A stretch of 58,427 nt of DNA, taken from the NCBI GenBank assembly GCA_040882355.1, contig JBBEBM010000035.1, positions 62,001 through 120,427 on the forward strand, given 5' to 3'. Source of the stretch: Dehalococcoidia bacterium (GTDB taxonomy: Bacteria; Chloroflexota; Dehalococcoidia; DSTF01; RBG-16-68-14). The notes under the pieces are model-generated. The model ran no database searches. It worked only from the letters and a program-made list of their open reading frames with translations, and was not told the origin of the DNA. Positions 17,578 through 27,432 of the stretch are shown piece by piece. Position 1 is the stretch's first letter. Each line of letters begins with the position of its first letter. Made by a program: the position numbers and the translations under genes.

Positions 17578-18366
17578 TCAGCCGGCGAAGAGCGCCCTCA
17601 GCGCGACCGGCTCGTCGGTGATGACGGCGTCCACGCCTGCGCGGATCACTCGCAGGACGCCGGCCGCGTCGTTCACGATGCCGGTGTAGACCTGCAACCC
17701 TCGCTCGCGGGCAGCTTCAACGACGCCGGTGTCGATGTCCTCCGGGAAGAAGGACGCCCCCCGCGCCCCGAGACGTTCCGCGTGGTACAGGAACTCGCCC
17801 GCGCTCCACGCATCGCCGTCGCGGGAGCCGCGGTGGAGGAACGCCCGCGGCACGTGCGGCGCCTGCTCGCGCGCGATCTCGAGCGCCTGCCGGTGGAACG
17901 ACCAGATGGCGACCGATGTAGATGCGTCCGCTTCCGACACGTCGCGCAAGGCTCGCTCGGTGACTTCGGGCTCCTTCACCTCGATGGCCAGCGGCACGCG
18001 GCCTCTCGTCACGGCGAGGACTTCCGCCAGCGTGGGCACCCGCTCCCGGGCCGACTCCGCGATCGCGACCTGCTCTCGCAGCTCCCAGAACGACCACTCC
18101 CTGACCGGGCCGTTGCCGGTCGTGGTGCGGTCGAGCGTCGAGTCGTGCATCACGACGGGCATGCCGTCACGCGTGGCGCGCACGTCGATCTCGATCCAGT
18201 CGGCGCCGCAGGCGATGGCCAGCCGCACGGCGGCCAGCGTGTTCTCCGGCGCCCAGGCGGCGTAGCCTCGGTGCGCCACGACGAGGGGCTGGCGACATGG
18301 CCGCGGCAGCGAAGGCAGCTCTGGTAGTGGGTGGGCGGGCAGTGGTAGCTCAACCTGGTTAATCAT
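17578..18366 (-). CDS. glycerophosphodiester phosphodiesterase
   Basis: VAHRG, PENTL, IEIDV, HDSTLDRTT, IEVK, ITDEP; GAAAGGAG RBS before ATG 18366. Confidence 0.92.
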   Translation of the reverse strand: MINQVELPLPAHPLPELPSLPRPCRQPLVVAHRGYAAWAPENTLAAVRLAIACGADWIEIDVRATRDGMPVVMHDSTLDRTTTGNGPVREWSFWELREQVAIAESARERVPTLAEVLAVTRGRVPLAIEVKEPEVTERALRDVSEADASTSVAIWSFHRQALEIAREQAPHVPRAFLHRGSRDGDAWSAGEFLYHAERLGARGASFFPEDIDTGVVEAARERGLQVYTGIVNDAAGVLRVIRAGVDAVITDEPVALRALFAG

Positions 18367-18388
18367 GGTGCTCCTTTCCTTCAAGCGA

Positions 18389-18423
18389 ACAGGCCGGTCG
18401 CTCGTCGGGAGCAACCGGCCTGT
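18389..18423. other. strong stem-loop in the phosphodiesterase 5' leader
   Basis: ACAGGCCGGT...ACCGGCCTGT 10-bp perfect arms extended by GCTC/GAGC. Confidence 0.6.
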
Positions 18424-18495
18424 GAGATGTGCCTCTGGGTCCTGCTATCGGTATCCACCGTTCACCTTTAGCCTACCGACCTTATCGACCCGCCA

Positions 18496-18534
18496 GGTTA
18501 AGGCATCGTGATCGCCGGTAAACATTATGTTAAA
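18496..18534 (-). promoter_or_regulatory. Pho-box-like direct repeats
   Basis: Minus strand TTAACA, TTTACC, ATCACG, TTAACC at 11/10/11-nt spacing. Confidence 0.6.
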
Positions 18535-18549
18535 GCTGGGAGGGGCCGG

Positions 18550-19845
18550 CTACGCGCCGGTCTCTTTGAGCGCCGCTTCCGCCGCTGCGAGGGTCTCCTC
18601 TACCTCCTGCTCCATGTGGACCAGCGACACCATCCACGCCTCGAACTGCGATGGCGGCAGGTAAACGCCGCGCTCGAGCATCGCGCGGTGGAAACGAGCA
18701 TGGCGCTCGGTGTCGGCCTGCTTCGCCGAAGCGTAGTCCGTCACAGGCGCTTCGCTGAAGAAGATCGTGAACATGGAGCCGGCGCGGTTGAGCTGCACGG
18801 GCGTCTCGGCGTGGCGGGCGACCGCGAGCAAGCCGTCCGTGAGCTGCCCCGCGAGCCGGTCGAGCGCGCTGTAGACGCCTTCGTTCCCGAGGACGCGCAG
18901 CGTGATGATGCCGGCCGCCATCGCCATCGGGTTGCCGGAGAGCGTGCCCGCCTGGTAGACGGCGCCCAGCGGCGCCACCAGCTCCATGATCTCGCGACGG
19001 CCGCCGTACGCCCCGACCGGCAGCCCCCCTCCGATCACCTTGCCCAGACAGGTCAGGTCCGGATGCACGCCGTAGAGCGCCTGCGCGCCGCCCGTTCCGA
19101 GCCGGAAGCCGGTGACGACCTCGTCGAAGATGAGGAGCGCGCCGAACTCGCGCGTGAGCTCCCGCAGCCCGGCGAGGAACCCGTCCGCGGGCAAGACGAC
19201 GCCCATGTTCGCGGCAACCGGCTCGACGATCAGGCAGGCGATCTCGTCCGGGTGACGTTCGAACAGCGCGCGCACGGCCGCGAGGTCATTGTACGGGGCG
19301 ATGAGCGTCTGCTCCGCGAAGGCGCGCGGCACGCCCGGGCTGTCCGGCAGGCCGAGCGTCGCCACGCCGGAGCCGGCGCGCGCGAGCAGCCCGTCGGCGT
19401 GACCGTGGTAGCACCCTTCTAACTTCACGATCCGGTCGCGGCCGCTGAACGCGCGGGCCAGACGGAGCGCCGACATCGTCGCTTCGGTGCCGGAGTTGAC
19501 AAAGCGCACCATCTCGATCGACGGCACGGCATCGACGACGAGGCGCGCCAGCTCCGCTTCGAGCTCAGTCGGCGCCCCGAAGCTCGTGCCGCGCTCAGCG
19601 GCGCGCTGGAGGATCTCGACGACGGCCGGGTGGGCGTGGCCCAGGATCAGCGGCCCCCAGGAGAGGACGTAGTCGATGTACTCGTTGCCGTCTACGTCCC
19701 AGATGCGCGGACCGCGCCCGTACGCGACAACGACCGGCTCGCCGCCGACGGCCTGGAAGGCGCGCACGGGACTGTTCACGCCGCCCGGCATGAGCCGGCG
19801 CGACGCCTCGAAGATCTGGCGGGAGCGGTCGTGTGGTCTGGGCAC
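18550..19845 (-). CDS. hemL: glutamate-1-semialdehyde 2,1-aminomutase
   Basis: [47 protein letters not shown]. Confidence 0.97.
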   Translation of the reverse strand: MPRPHDRSRQIFEASRRLMPGGVNSPVRAFQAVGGEPVVVAYGRGPRIWDVDGNEYIDYVLSWGPLILGHAHPAVVEILQRAAERGTSFGAPTELEAELARLVVDAVPSIEMVRFVNSGTEATMSALRLARAFSGRDRIVKLEGCYHGHADGLLARAGSGVATLGLPDSPGVPRAFAEQTLIAPYNDLAAVRALFERHPDEIACLIVEPVAANMGVVLPADGFLAGLRELTREFGALLIFDEVVTGFRLGTGGAQALYGVHPDLTCLGKVIGGGLPVGAYGGRREIMELVAPLGAVYQAGTLSGNPMAMAAGIITLRVLGNEGVYSALDRLAGQLTDGLLAVARHAETPVQLNRAGSMFTIFFSEAPVTDYASAKQADTERHARFHRAMLERGVYLPPSQFEAWMVSLVHMEQEVEETLAAAEAALKETGA

Positions 19846-19956
19846 GGCGCTCTCAGCTTCGCACAGGCGAGCCTAGAACGCGAGACGGACTGAGCCACAG
19901 GTTGACGCAGATTCACACAGACTGTGCACTCGATCTTGGGCGGGTTGGGCGGTCGC

Positions 19957-20742
19957 CTACCGCGCTAGGTCGAGCAGCCCCGTGATCGCCGACACGCTCT
20001 CATTCGGTGGCTCAATGTCGTCCGGCCACGGAGTATCGCGGCGGTTCAACCAGACGGCGCGCAGCCCGGCGTTGCGCGCGCCCGCCACGTCCGCCCACGG
20101 GCTGTCGCCGACGTACATCGCCTCCTCCGGCGCGACGCCCAGCCGGGCGCACGTGTGGTGGAAGATGGAGTCGTGCGGCTTGTAAACGCGCACCTCTTCG
20201 GACGAGACGACGGCGTCGAAGCGGAGACCGTTGCGCCGGAGATTCGCGGCGAGGAAGTCGTGGTCGGCGTCAGAGAGCACAGCGAGCCGGAGTGCGCCGT
20301 CCGCCTTCCTGAGCATGGCTAGTGCCGTCCGAGCGTCGCGATAGAGGTCGGCCTCGACATGCCAGTCGCGGTAGGCGTCCGCGCCGACCTCCGCGGGGGC
20401 GTCGACGCCCCAGTGGTCGAACAGCTCGCGGAAGCGCGTGAGCCAGACCTCGCGGAAGGTGCGGAAGGGCGGCGTGGGGCCGTCGAGCGGAGGGCGCTCG
20501 CTGCCGCCGAAGCGCAGGGCCGGGTCCCTCGTCGTCTGCTCTCGCCAATGCCGGTACGGCTCGCCGGCCGGCAGGTCGACGCCCACCTTCGAGGCGAACT
20601 GATCGAACGCCTGCGCCCGCATATTGCCCGAGAGCTCGACGAGCGTCTCGTAGTAGTCGAAGATGATCGCCTTGAGTTGGGTCGATCGCACCGCCTCGGG
20701 TCCGTTCGGCGGGTACGTGTCGATGTCACCTACTCCGGTCAT
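19957..20742 (-). CDS. HAD-family hydrolase
   Basis: IIFDYYETL motif I, LSD, YKP, YVGDS...DVAGA; start uncertain. Confidence 0.85.
   Translation of the reverse strand: MTGVGDIDTYPPNGPEAVRSTQLKAIIFDYYETLVELSGNMRAQAFDQFASKVGVDLPAGEPYRHWREQTTRDPALRFGGSERPPLDGPTPPFRTFREVWLTRFRELFDHWGVDAPAEVGADAYRDWHVEADLYRDARTALAMLRKADGALRLAVLSDADHDFLAANLRRNGLRFDAVVSSEEVRVYKPHDSIFHHTCARLGVAPEEAMYVGDSPWADVAGARNAGLRAVWLNRRDTPWPDDIEPPNESVSAITGLLDLAR
20633..20679. repeat. 47-bp direct repeat, copy in the intact HAD gene (other copy 21457-21503)
   Basis: 45/47 identical; both encode QLKAIIFDYYETLVEL. Confidence 0.9.
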
Positions 20743-20743
20743 G

Positions 20744-21313
20744 CTAACCCTCGGAATTCTGCAGACGATATCGGACGTAGACGACGCCGTTGGAGAAGGT
20801 GCGCTGGTCGATGAGCTCCAGCGGCACTCGCACGCCTTCAGGCAGCCCTCGCTTGCCGCCGCCAATGAGCCAGGGCAGCAGGATCAAACCGCATTCATCG
20901 ACGAGGCCTGCCCTGAACGCCGCGGCGGCAAGCTCGGCGCCTGCCACGAGGATGTCCTGACTCGTCCGGTCCTTGAGCTCGCGGACGGCTTGCCGGTCGA
21001 AGTCACGCTCGAGCGATGTCCGTTCGGTCCAGACCTCCTTCAGCGTCCTGGAGTACACAACCTTGTCGGCTGCCTGCCAGAGGCGAGCGAAGTCGGCCAT
21101 GAAAGGCGATTGCGCGGGAAGGGACGGATCGGTCTCCCAGACGGCCATGGTCTCGTACATGCGGCGGCCGTAGAGGTGGGTGCCGGTACTGAGGACGAGG
21201 TCGTTGAAGAGGGCGAGCACCTCCGGAGCAGGCTCTGTCCAGTCGAAGTTGCCGGTCTCGTCGGCTGTGTAGCCGTCCAGGGAGCAGTTGGCGATGTAGA
21301 TCAGGTTGCCCAT
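20744..21313 (-). CDS. dihydrofolate reductase / RibD C-terminal family protein
   Basis: NCSLDGY, LYGRRMYE, KVVYSRTL, GLVDE, IGGGK; GAAGGAGG RBS before ATG 21313. Confidence 0.9.
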   Translation of the reverse strand: MGNLIYIANCSLDGYTADETGNFDWTEPAPEVLALFNDLVLSTGTHLYGRRMYETMAVWETDPSLPAQSPFMADFARLWQAADKVVYSRTLKEVWTERTSLERDFDRQAVRELKDRTSQDILVAGAELAAAAFRAGLVDECGLILLPWLIGGGKRGLPEGVRVPLELIDQRTFSNGVVYVRYRLQNSEG

Positions 21314-21389
21314 GTTTCCTCCTTCTAGGACCGCCAGCGAGTCTGGCTGAACGGTTCGCCCTTCCTCGCGTCTCCGGCACGACCGCGAA

Positions 21390-21509
21390 GACGTACGCCT
21401 CCCCGCCCATCTGCGCCGCCAGCTCCTCGAAAGCGCGCTCACGCGTATCTCCCATCAGCTCGACGAGCGTCTCGTAGTAGTCGAAAATGATCGCCTTCAG
21501 TTGAGCCAA
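21390..21509 (-). pseudogene. truncated 5' fragment of the HAD hydrolase
   Basis: MAQLKAIIFDYYETLVELMGDTRERAFEELAAQMG parallels the intact HAD N-terminus, then similarity stops; left boundary approximate. Confidence 0.75.
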
Positions 21510-21534
21510 GGTGATTAGGCAGGGCCAAGCTGCG

Positions 21535-21795
21535 TTAATCTGTGCTGGTCTGCGAAGCCGGCTCCAGCTTCAGGAACTCCTTCATTGCGCGGCGAAGCTC
21601 CTGACGGTGTTCCGGGCTGCCCAGGTTGAGGCCGTAGTGGTTGATCAGCCGCGCCGACGTCTCGCGCCACTCGCCCCAGCAGTCGGGGCAGATGCGCTCG
21701 GCGATCGTCTGGCCGAGCGGCCCGCCGACGGGCGGCTCGGGCAGCGGCTCCTTGCTTTGCTGGCAGCGCTGGCAGGTGATCGTCGTCGTCGTCAT
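21535..21795 (-). CDS. Fe(II)-trafficking / oxidative damage protection protein (YggX-like)
   Basis: CQRC...PP.G.LGQ.I...IC.DCW.EW....LINHYGLN......R..L...M.EFL. Confidence 0.85.
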   Translation of the reverse strand: MTTTTITCQRCQQSKEPLPEPPVGGPLGQTIAERICPDCWGEWRETSARLINHYGLNLGSPEHRQELRRAMKEFLKLEPASQTSTD

Positions 21796-21797
21796 GC

Positions 21798-22796
21798 TTA
21801 GGCTCCGTCCCGCAGCCAGCGGGCCGCTTCCTTCGCATGGTACGTGATGATGATGTCGGCGCCCGCGCGCTTGATCGAGGTCAGGATCTCGAGCACGGCG
21901 CGCGGACCGTCCAGCCAGCCGTTGCGAGCGGCGGCGTGCACCATCGCGTACTCCCCACTGACGTTGTAGGCGGCGAGCGGCAGATCGAAGCGCTGGCGGG
22001 CCTGCGAGAGCACGTCCAGGTAGGGCAGCGCCGGCTTCACCATGACGATGTCGGCGCCCTCGGCGATGTCGGCTTCGATCTCGCGCAGCGCCTCGCGGGC
22101 GTTCGGCGGGTCCATCTGGTAGCCGCGCCGGTCGCCGAACTGCGGCGCCGACTCCGCCGCCTCGCGGAACGGGCCGTAGAACGCCGACGCGTACTTCGCC
22201 GCATACGACATGATCGGCGTGGCAACGAAGCCCTCGTCGTCGAGTGTGGCGCGGATGGCGGCGACGCGGCCGTCCATCATGTCGGACGGCGCGACGATGT
22301 CGGTGCCCGCGCGCGCGTGCGCGAGGGCGGTACGCGCCAGCAGATCGAGCGAGGCGTCGTTGTCGACTTCGCCGTCGACGATCACGCCGCAGTGTCCGTG
22401 CGACGTGTACTCGCACAGGCAGACGTCCGTGATCACGACGAGGTCCGCGTCAGCCGACTTCAGCGCGCGCACGGCGTCCTGCACGATACCGTCGTCGGCG
22501 TAGGCCTCGGAGCCGGCCTCGTCCTTGTCCGCGGGCAAGCCGAAGAGCAGCACCGCGCGCACGCCGAGCGAGCGCAGGTCGTCCACCTCCCGACCAAGCT
22601 GGTCGAGTGACAAGTGGTACTGGCCGGGCATCGACGAGATCTCGTCGCGCACGCCGTGGCCGTGGGTGACGAAGAGCGGGTAGACGAAGTCCTCCGGCGA
22701 CAGGCGCGTCTCGCGGACGAGGCGTCGCACACCCTCCGTGCGACGCAGGCGCTGCATGCGGGCGAAGGTGAGGGCGCGAAGGGCGGTGGTCGTCAT
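21798..22796 (-). CDS. hemB: porphobilinogen synthase (Zn type)
   Basis: [43 protein letters not shown]. Confidence 0.97.
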   Translation of the reverse strand: MTTTALRALTFARMQRLRRTEGVRRLVRETRLSPEDFVYPLFVTHGHGVRDEISSMPGQYHLSLDQLGREVDDLRSLGVRAVLLFGLPADKDEAGSEAYADDGIVQDAVRALKSADADLVVITDVCLCEYTSHGHCGVIVDGEVDNDASLDLLARTALAHARAGTDIVAPSDMMDGRVAAIRATLDDEGFVATPIMSYAAKYASAFYGPFREAAESAPQFGDRRGYQMDPPNAREALREIEADIAEGADIVMVKPALPYLDVLSQARQRFDLPLAAYNVSGEYAMVHAAARNGWLDGPRAVLEILTSIKRAGADIIITYHAKEAARWLRDGA

Positions 22797-23449
22797 GCGT
22801 CGTCCTCTCGCAGCGGGAGACCGTGACCGCCCAGAACGCCGAACATGTCCTCGCACCAAGCCGCTCGCTCGTTCAACAGCGCGAGGTACTCAGGCACGGC
22901 GTGCCGGATCAAGTCATCGATGATGTCCTCCAAGGATAGGACATCGTGCAGGCCCACTCGGTCGATCAGCGCGCGCTTACCGCCGGCAGTCGCGCTACCC
23001 CAAACGAGGATGGCACCGGATGTCTTGAGCCGACGCCTCTTGCCCCACATTTCGAGATCCTTGGCACGGCCAGCGAGGGCAAAGAACCGTTGGAAAGTGT
23101 CGTTGGCAAAGATCGCATGCTGCGACTGTTCAGTCAGTGTCAGGTACGTGTACTTCCGACGCTCAAGCGGACACTTCATCTCTGTCATAAAGACGCGACC
23201 GTCGCGCCTTGACCGAAGTGCGAAATCGAGGGTCATTCCCCGAGCGTCGCCGTCGGGGCGGGCAGTAGGGCGTCCGAGATCTTCATATGGTGCCCAGTCG
23301 CACGAGGCCCATATCCGAACGAACTCTTCGCCGAAGATCCCGAAGAGTCGGGATAGGAACTTGTCGCGCGGTGGATCATCGCTCTTGAAGAGCCTCTCGA
23401 ATGAGACTGCGGGTAACAGCATGCCAGCCGATGCTTTCGCCATCGCCAT
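22793..23449 (-). CDS. hypothetical protein, PD-(D/E)XK nuclease-like
   Basis: E...TLDFAL......F.TEMKC pattern; codon usage differs from neighbours; TGA overlaps hemB ATG. Confidence 0.6.
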   Translation of the reverse strand: MAMAKASAGMLLPAVSFERLFKSDDPPRDKFLSRLFGIFGEEFVRIWASCDWAPYEDLGRPTARPDGDARGMTLDFALRSRRDGRVFMTEMKCPLERRKYTYLTLTEQSQHAIFANDTFQRFFALAGRAKDLEMWGKRRRLKTSGAILVWGSATAGGKRALIDRVGLHDVLSLEDIIDDLIRHAVPEYLALLNERAAWCEDMFGVLGGHGLPLREDDA

Positions 23450-23451
23450 CC

Positions 23452-24333
23452 TCAGCCCTGGCGCTGGCCGCGCAGGTACTCCTCTAGCTCACCGATGATA
23501 TCGCCGGCGGGAGGGAGGTCTGGCGTGGCGGCTTCGCTTACGCCCGCATCGATGCGCTTCTCCAGCTCCGCCACGTACATCTTCATCTCCAGGTTGCCCG
23601 AAAGGGCGTCGTCGACCTGATCGGCGAAGGAGCGACTCGCGTCCTGCAATGCCGCCAGGTCCGCGCCGAGCGGGAAGAGGCGATCGAGCGTCTCCAACAG
23701 CGAAAGCGCGCCCTGCGGGTTCGTCGCGCTGCCCAGGTAGGGCGGCAGTCCGGCCCACAGGCTGGCCGCGGAGAGGCCGGCCCGGCGCCACGTGTCGTGC
23801 AGCGCGCCGACGATGCCCGTCGGGCCCTCGTATCGTGCGCGGTTGATGGTGAGACCGTCCAGCCGCTGGTTCAGTTCAGCCTCCGTCGAGAAGCCCGTGA
23901 TCGGGATCGGCCGCGTGTGCGTCGTCGCCGCGACGAGCGAGCCCATCGTCACGAGCCGCGAGCCATCGAGGCGCTGGAACAGGTCGCGGACGGTGGCAGC
24001 GAAGGCGCGCCACTTCAGGTGCGGCTCCGTGCCCAGCATCAGCACCACGTCGCCTTCGCCGTCGCCGGCGCGTCGGTGGGAGTAGAAACGGTTCGTCGGC
24101 CACTGGAGGTCGCGCAGCCCTTCGTCCGATATCTTGATCATCGGGCGCGCGACCGTGAAGTCGAAGAACTCCTCCGGATCGATCTGCGCGAACGCCTCCG
24201 CCGACCAGCTCTCTATCAGGTGACGCAGGGCGGCGCTGGCCGACTCGCCGGCATCGTTCCAGCCGCGGAACACCGCGATGAAGGTGGGCTTCCGCAGCTC
24301 GGGCAGGTCGCCGTCGACTTCGAGGTAGTCCAT
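23452..24333 (-). CDS. PAC2 (proteasome assembly chaperone-like) family protein
   Basis: F.GWNDAGESAS, IDPEEFFDF...RP, GTEPHLKW, HTRP, YEGPTGIVG. Confidence 0.9.
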   Translation of the reverse strand: MDYLEVDGDLPELRKPTFIAVFRGWNDAGESASAALRHLIESWSAEAFAQIDPEEFFDFTVARPMIKISDEGLRDLQWPTNRFYSHRRAGDGEGDVVLMLGTEPHLKWRAFAATVRDLFQRLDGSRLVTMGSLVAATTHTRPIPITGFSTEAELNQRLDGLTINRARYEGPTGIVGALHDTWRRAGLSAASLWAGLPPYLGSATNPQGALSLLETLDRLFPLGADLAALQDASRSFADQVDDALSGNLEMKMYVAELEKRIDAGVSEAATPDLPPAGDIIGELEEYLRGQRQG

Positions 24334-24355
24334 ACCCTATTATAGCCCGGCGTCC

Positions 24356-24397
24356 GTAGGGGCGGGTCTCAGGCGCGCCCTTCTGTGGAAGCCCTAC
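24356..24397. repeat. degenerate GTAG REP-like doublet
   Basis: GTAGGGGCGGGTCTCAGGCGCGCCC ... GCCCTAC; the distal CTAC supplies the upstream gene's stop. Confidence 0.5.
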
Positions 24398-25959
24398 ACA
24401 CCCGATACGCGCCGCTTGTGGCCCGTCCAGTAGGGCTCGCGAAGCTGGCGTTTGAGCACCTTGCCGGTCGGGTTGCGCGGCAGCTCGGTCGCAAAGTCGA
24501 CGGAGCGGGGGCGTTCGAAGCCGCCCAGGTGGCTGCGGCAGAACTCCATGATCTCTTCGTCCGTGGCTGTCTGGCCCTCCTTGAGCACGACGATCGCCTT
24601 CACGGTCTCGCCCCACTGCTCGTCGGGCACGCCGATCACGGCAGCGTCGGCGACGGCGGGGTGCTGGAACAGCACGTCCTCGACGGCGCGCGGGTAGACG
24701 TTCTCGCCGCCCGAGACGATCATGTCCTTCACGCGGTCCTGGATGTAGATGTAGCCGTCGGCGTCCATGGTCCCTGCGTCGCCGGTGTGCATCCAGCCGC
24801 CGCGTAGCGCCTCGCCCGTCTCGTCAGCCAGGTTCCAGTAGCCGCGCATGAGCTGCGGTCCGCGCGCGATGATCTCGCCGATCTCGCCGTCGGGCACCGG
24901 CTTGTCGTCCTCGTCGACGATGCGGATCTCGGTGCCCACCACAGGCCGGCCCGCCGAGAGCAGCAGATCGGCGCGGCCGCTCACGGCCCGACGGTGATCG
25001 GCCGGAAACAGGTACGTGAGCACGGCGGTCGTCTCGGTCATGCCGTACCCCTGGGCGAAGTCGCACTTGAAGACGTCCATCGCCCGGCGCAGCGTCTGCT
25101 CCGCGATCGGCGACGCGCCATAGCTGATCTGACGCAGGTCCGCGTACTTGCGCTCGGCGATGTCCGGCACCATCACGAGTAGCGCCTGGATCATCGCCGG
25201 CACCAGCGTCGCCGCGGTCACGCGCTCCTCGTCGAGCGCGCGTACGACCTCCGGCGGAATGAAGTCCGGCTGGATGTAGCAGCACCCGCCCCAGTAGACC
25301 GTGACGAAGATACTGATTGCGCCCGCCGCGTGGTACATCGGCACCACGATGAGCGTGCGCTCGCCCGGGGCACCGCTGATCAGCATCGTCACCTGCGTGA
25401 GCTGGGCGGCGACAGCCCTGTGGGTGAGCACGGCTCCTTTCGGCCGCCCGGTCGTGCCGCTGGTGTACATCTGGTAGACGTCGTCGTCTTCAGTCACGCG
25501 ACGGTCGGGCGGCGTGCCGGCCTGGCGGGCGATCCAGCCCCGATAGTCGTCCCAGCCCTCGTCACCGTCGACGTCGATTCCGACGAAGCGCTGGACCGAC
25601 TTCAGCTCGCCGCGCATGCCATCGATCGCGCCGGCGTACTCGTTCGCGGCGATGAGCAGCTTCGCGCCTGAGTCGCCGACGATGTACGCCCACTCAGGCG
25701 GCGCGAGACGATAGTTCAGGGGCACCGGCGCGACGCCCGCCTTCGATGCGGCGTAGTAGAGGACCGCGTACTCAATGCAGTTCTTCGAGAGCACCGCGAT
25801 GCGGTCGCCGGTCTGCAGCCCGGCGTCGACGAACGCGTTCGCGAGCCGGTTCGCCTCGCTGAGCGCCTCGCGATACGTCATCCGGCGCTGGCCCTGGACG
25901 GCGAACTCCTCGTCCGGGTGCTCTCGGGCGCGATAGTCAAGATAGTCGTGTAGACGCAT
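24394..25959 (-). CDS. long-chain acyl-CoA synthetase (AMP-binding)
   Basis: YTSGTTGRPKG, QGYGMTE, HTGD, DRVKDMIVSGGENVY, PRNPTGK. Confidence 0.93.
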   Translation of the reverse strand: MRLHDYLDYRAREHPDEEFAVQGQRRMTYREALSEANRLANAFVDAGLQTGDRIAVLSKNCIEYAVLYYAASKAGVAPVPLNYRLAPPEWAYIVGDSGAKLLIAANEYAGAIDGMRGELKSVQRFVGIDVDGDEGWDDYRGWIARQAGTPPDRRVTEDDDVYQMYTSGTTGRPKGAVLTHRAVAAQLTQVTMLISGAPGERTLIVVPMYHAAGAISIFVTVYWGGCCYIQPDFIPPEVVRALDEERVTAATLVPAMIQALLVMVPDIAERKYADLRQISYGASPIAEQTLRRAMDVFKCDFAQGYGMTETTAVLTYLFPADHRRAVSGRADLLLSAGRPVVGTEIRIVDEDDKPVPDGEIGEIIARGPQLMRGYWNLADETGEALRGGWMHTGDAGTMDADGYIYIQDRVKDMIVSGGENVYPRAVEDVLFQHPAVADAAVIGVPDEQWGETVKAIVVLKEGQTATDEEIMEFCRSHLGGFERPRSVDFATELPRNPTGKVLKRQLREPYWTGHKRRVSGV

Positions 25960-26069
25960 TGGTGTTACCTCCCCAGATAGCGGTGGGTTCCACTGTATCG
26001 AAGGGCGGGTGAGGTGTCTACTGAGGCGTACCTAACCACTCCTACTTGGCCCTTGATCAGTTCAGGGGG

Positions 26070-27113
26070 TCACCCCAGCGTATTCGGGAAGCGACTCGCA
26101 TTGTCCCACCGCCTTCGATTGAAGGCCTTCTGCAGGACTGTTGCGTTACGCTCGAGGTATTCCTCGGGAGTGATACCACGCGCCGTCAGCAGATCAAGCA
26201 TACTTTGCCGCACGCCGCCGAAGAGCTTGCTGTCGTCATGAAATCCCATGTCCCACACGCGCAAGCTCCTTCCATCGAGCCAGATGAAGTCCAGCGCGTC
26301 CTCAAGACGAAGGACCGAGGCGCCGCTGGCCTTCATGGCCTCCTCCAGTGATTCGAACGCGATGAAGAGTGCCGGTGTCGGCACAGCGAAGTAATCGATC
26401 CGCTCGACTATGGAGCGCCCTTCCCCTGTGTCCAGCATGACGTCGTACAAGGCAAGCGAAAGGTCCGTGATCTCGTCCCCGACCTTCCTTAGCACCTCCT
26501 CGGTGAGGAACTCTACCTTCTGCCCAATTTCCGTAAGTGCTCCCAGCATGTCCGCGACGCGCTGGGCTTCACTGCGTGACGTCAGGAACGAGAACATCAT
26601 GGAAGCCCATTGCTGCTGGAGATAGGCGCGGACGTCTTCGAAGTCACTAAAGGGCACCAACGCATTGTTGAATGCCTGGCCCTGCACTTCCTCGACGAAG
26701 TCGAATATCCTGTGCGAGTCGACCCCTGGATACTTGATCGCAGAAGCATTCACCTGATCATTCCCTCGATTGAAGAGGTAGACCCGGAACTGCTGGTACA
26801 CATCGCGCTCCACCAGAGCGAATATCGGCACCTTGTGCTCCACAGCCTTTCGGTACTCGTTGTTCGTGATTGACTCGTGGGTACCCATGTAGCCGCTACC
26901 AAAGCGACCGCCGATGATGAGGACTAGGATCTGACAGGAGGGCACTTCAGCGACTGCGGCCTCTTGCACATTCTTCTCAGGATCGAAGTAGATGCGGCCC
27001 TCCTCGCTGAGAACAGCCTCGTACCCCAACGATGTTATGAAGTGCTTGAGGTTCTCGCGGATGTACTTCAGATCGTAGAACGTCGAGCTAACGAATACGC
27101 GCGGTGCCGGCAT
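26070..27113 (-). CDS. DUF4062-domain protein
   Basis: PRVFVSSTFYDL...R, LIIGGRFGS, SITNNEY; lower GC3 than neighbours. Confidence 0.85.
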   Translation of the reverse strand: MPAPRVFVSSTFYDLKYIRENLKHFITSLGYEAVLSEEGRIYFDPEKNVQEAAVAEVPSCQILVLIIGGRFGSGYMGTHESITNNEYRKAVEHKVPIFALVERDVYQQFRVYLFNRGNDQVNASAIKYPGVDSHRIFDFVEEVQGQAFNNALVPFSDFEDVRAYLQQQWASMMFSFLTSRSEAQRVADMLGALTEIGQKVEFLTEEVLRKVGDEITDLSLALYDVMLDTGEGRSIVERIDYFAVPTPALFIAFESLEEAMKASGASVLRLEDALDFIWLDGRSLRVWDMGFHDDSKLFGGVRQSMLDLLTARGITPEEYLERNATVLQKAFNRRRWDNASRFPNTLG

Positions 27114-27137
27114 CGCCGTGGCTCCTCCGGGTCGCCC

Positions 27138-27428
27138 TCACTTGCCCTGCTCCTTCGTGAGCAAGTGGCCGTACTTCTCGCGGAACAGCTCGGCGCGGAC
27201 CTGCCGGCCGCCCAGGAGCAGCTCCTCTTCCGTGATGCCCGCTTCGGCGAAACCCTGCTGAACGGCTCGGAGCGCCTTAAGCGCGACGACCCGACGCGGC
27301 CGGATCAGCAGCTTTCCTTCACTGACTTCAAGCCAGAGCTCGTCGCCCGGCTTCACGCCCAACGCCTCGCAGGCCTTGCGCGAGAGCGTGACCCGCCTCC
27401 CCTGCCGAAGGTACGCCGTCTCTTCCAT
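27138..27428 (-). CDS. AbrB/MazE/SpoVT-family DNA-binding protein
   Basis: RVTL....EALGVKPGDEL..EV.EGKLLIRP. Confidence 0.8.
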   Translation of the reverse strand: MEETAYLRQGRRVTLSRKACEALGVKPGDELWLEVSEGKLLIRPRRVVALKALRAVQQGFAEAGITEEELLLGGRQVRAELFREKYGHLLTKEQGK

Positions 27429-27432
27429 GCGC

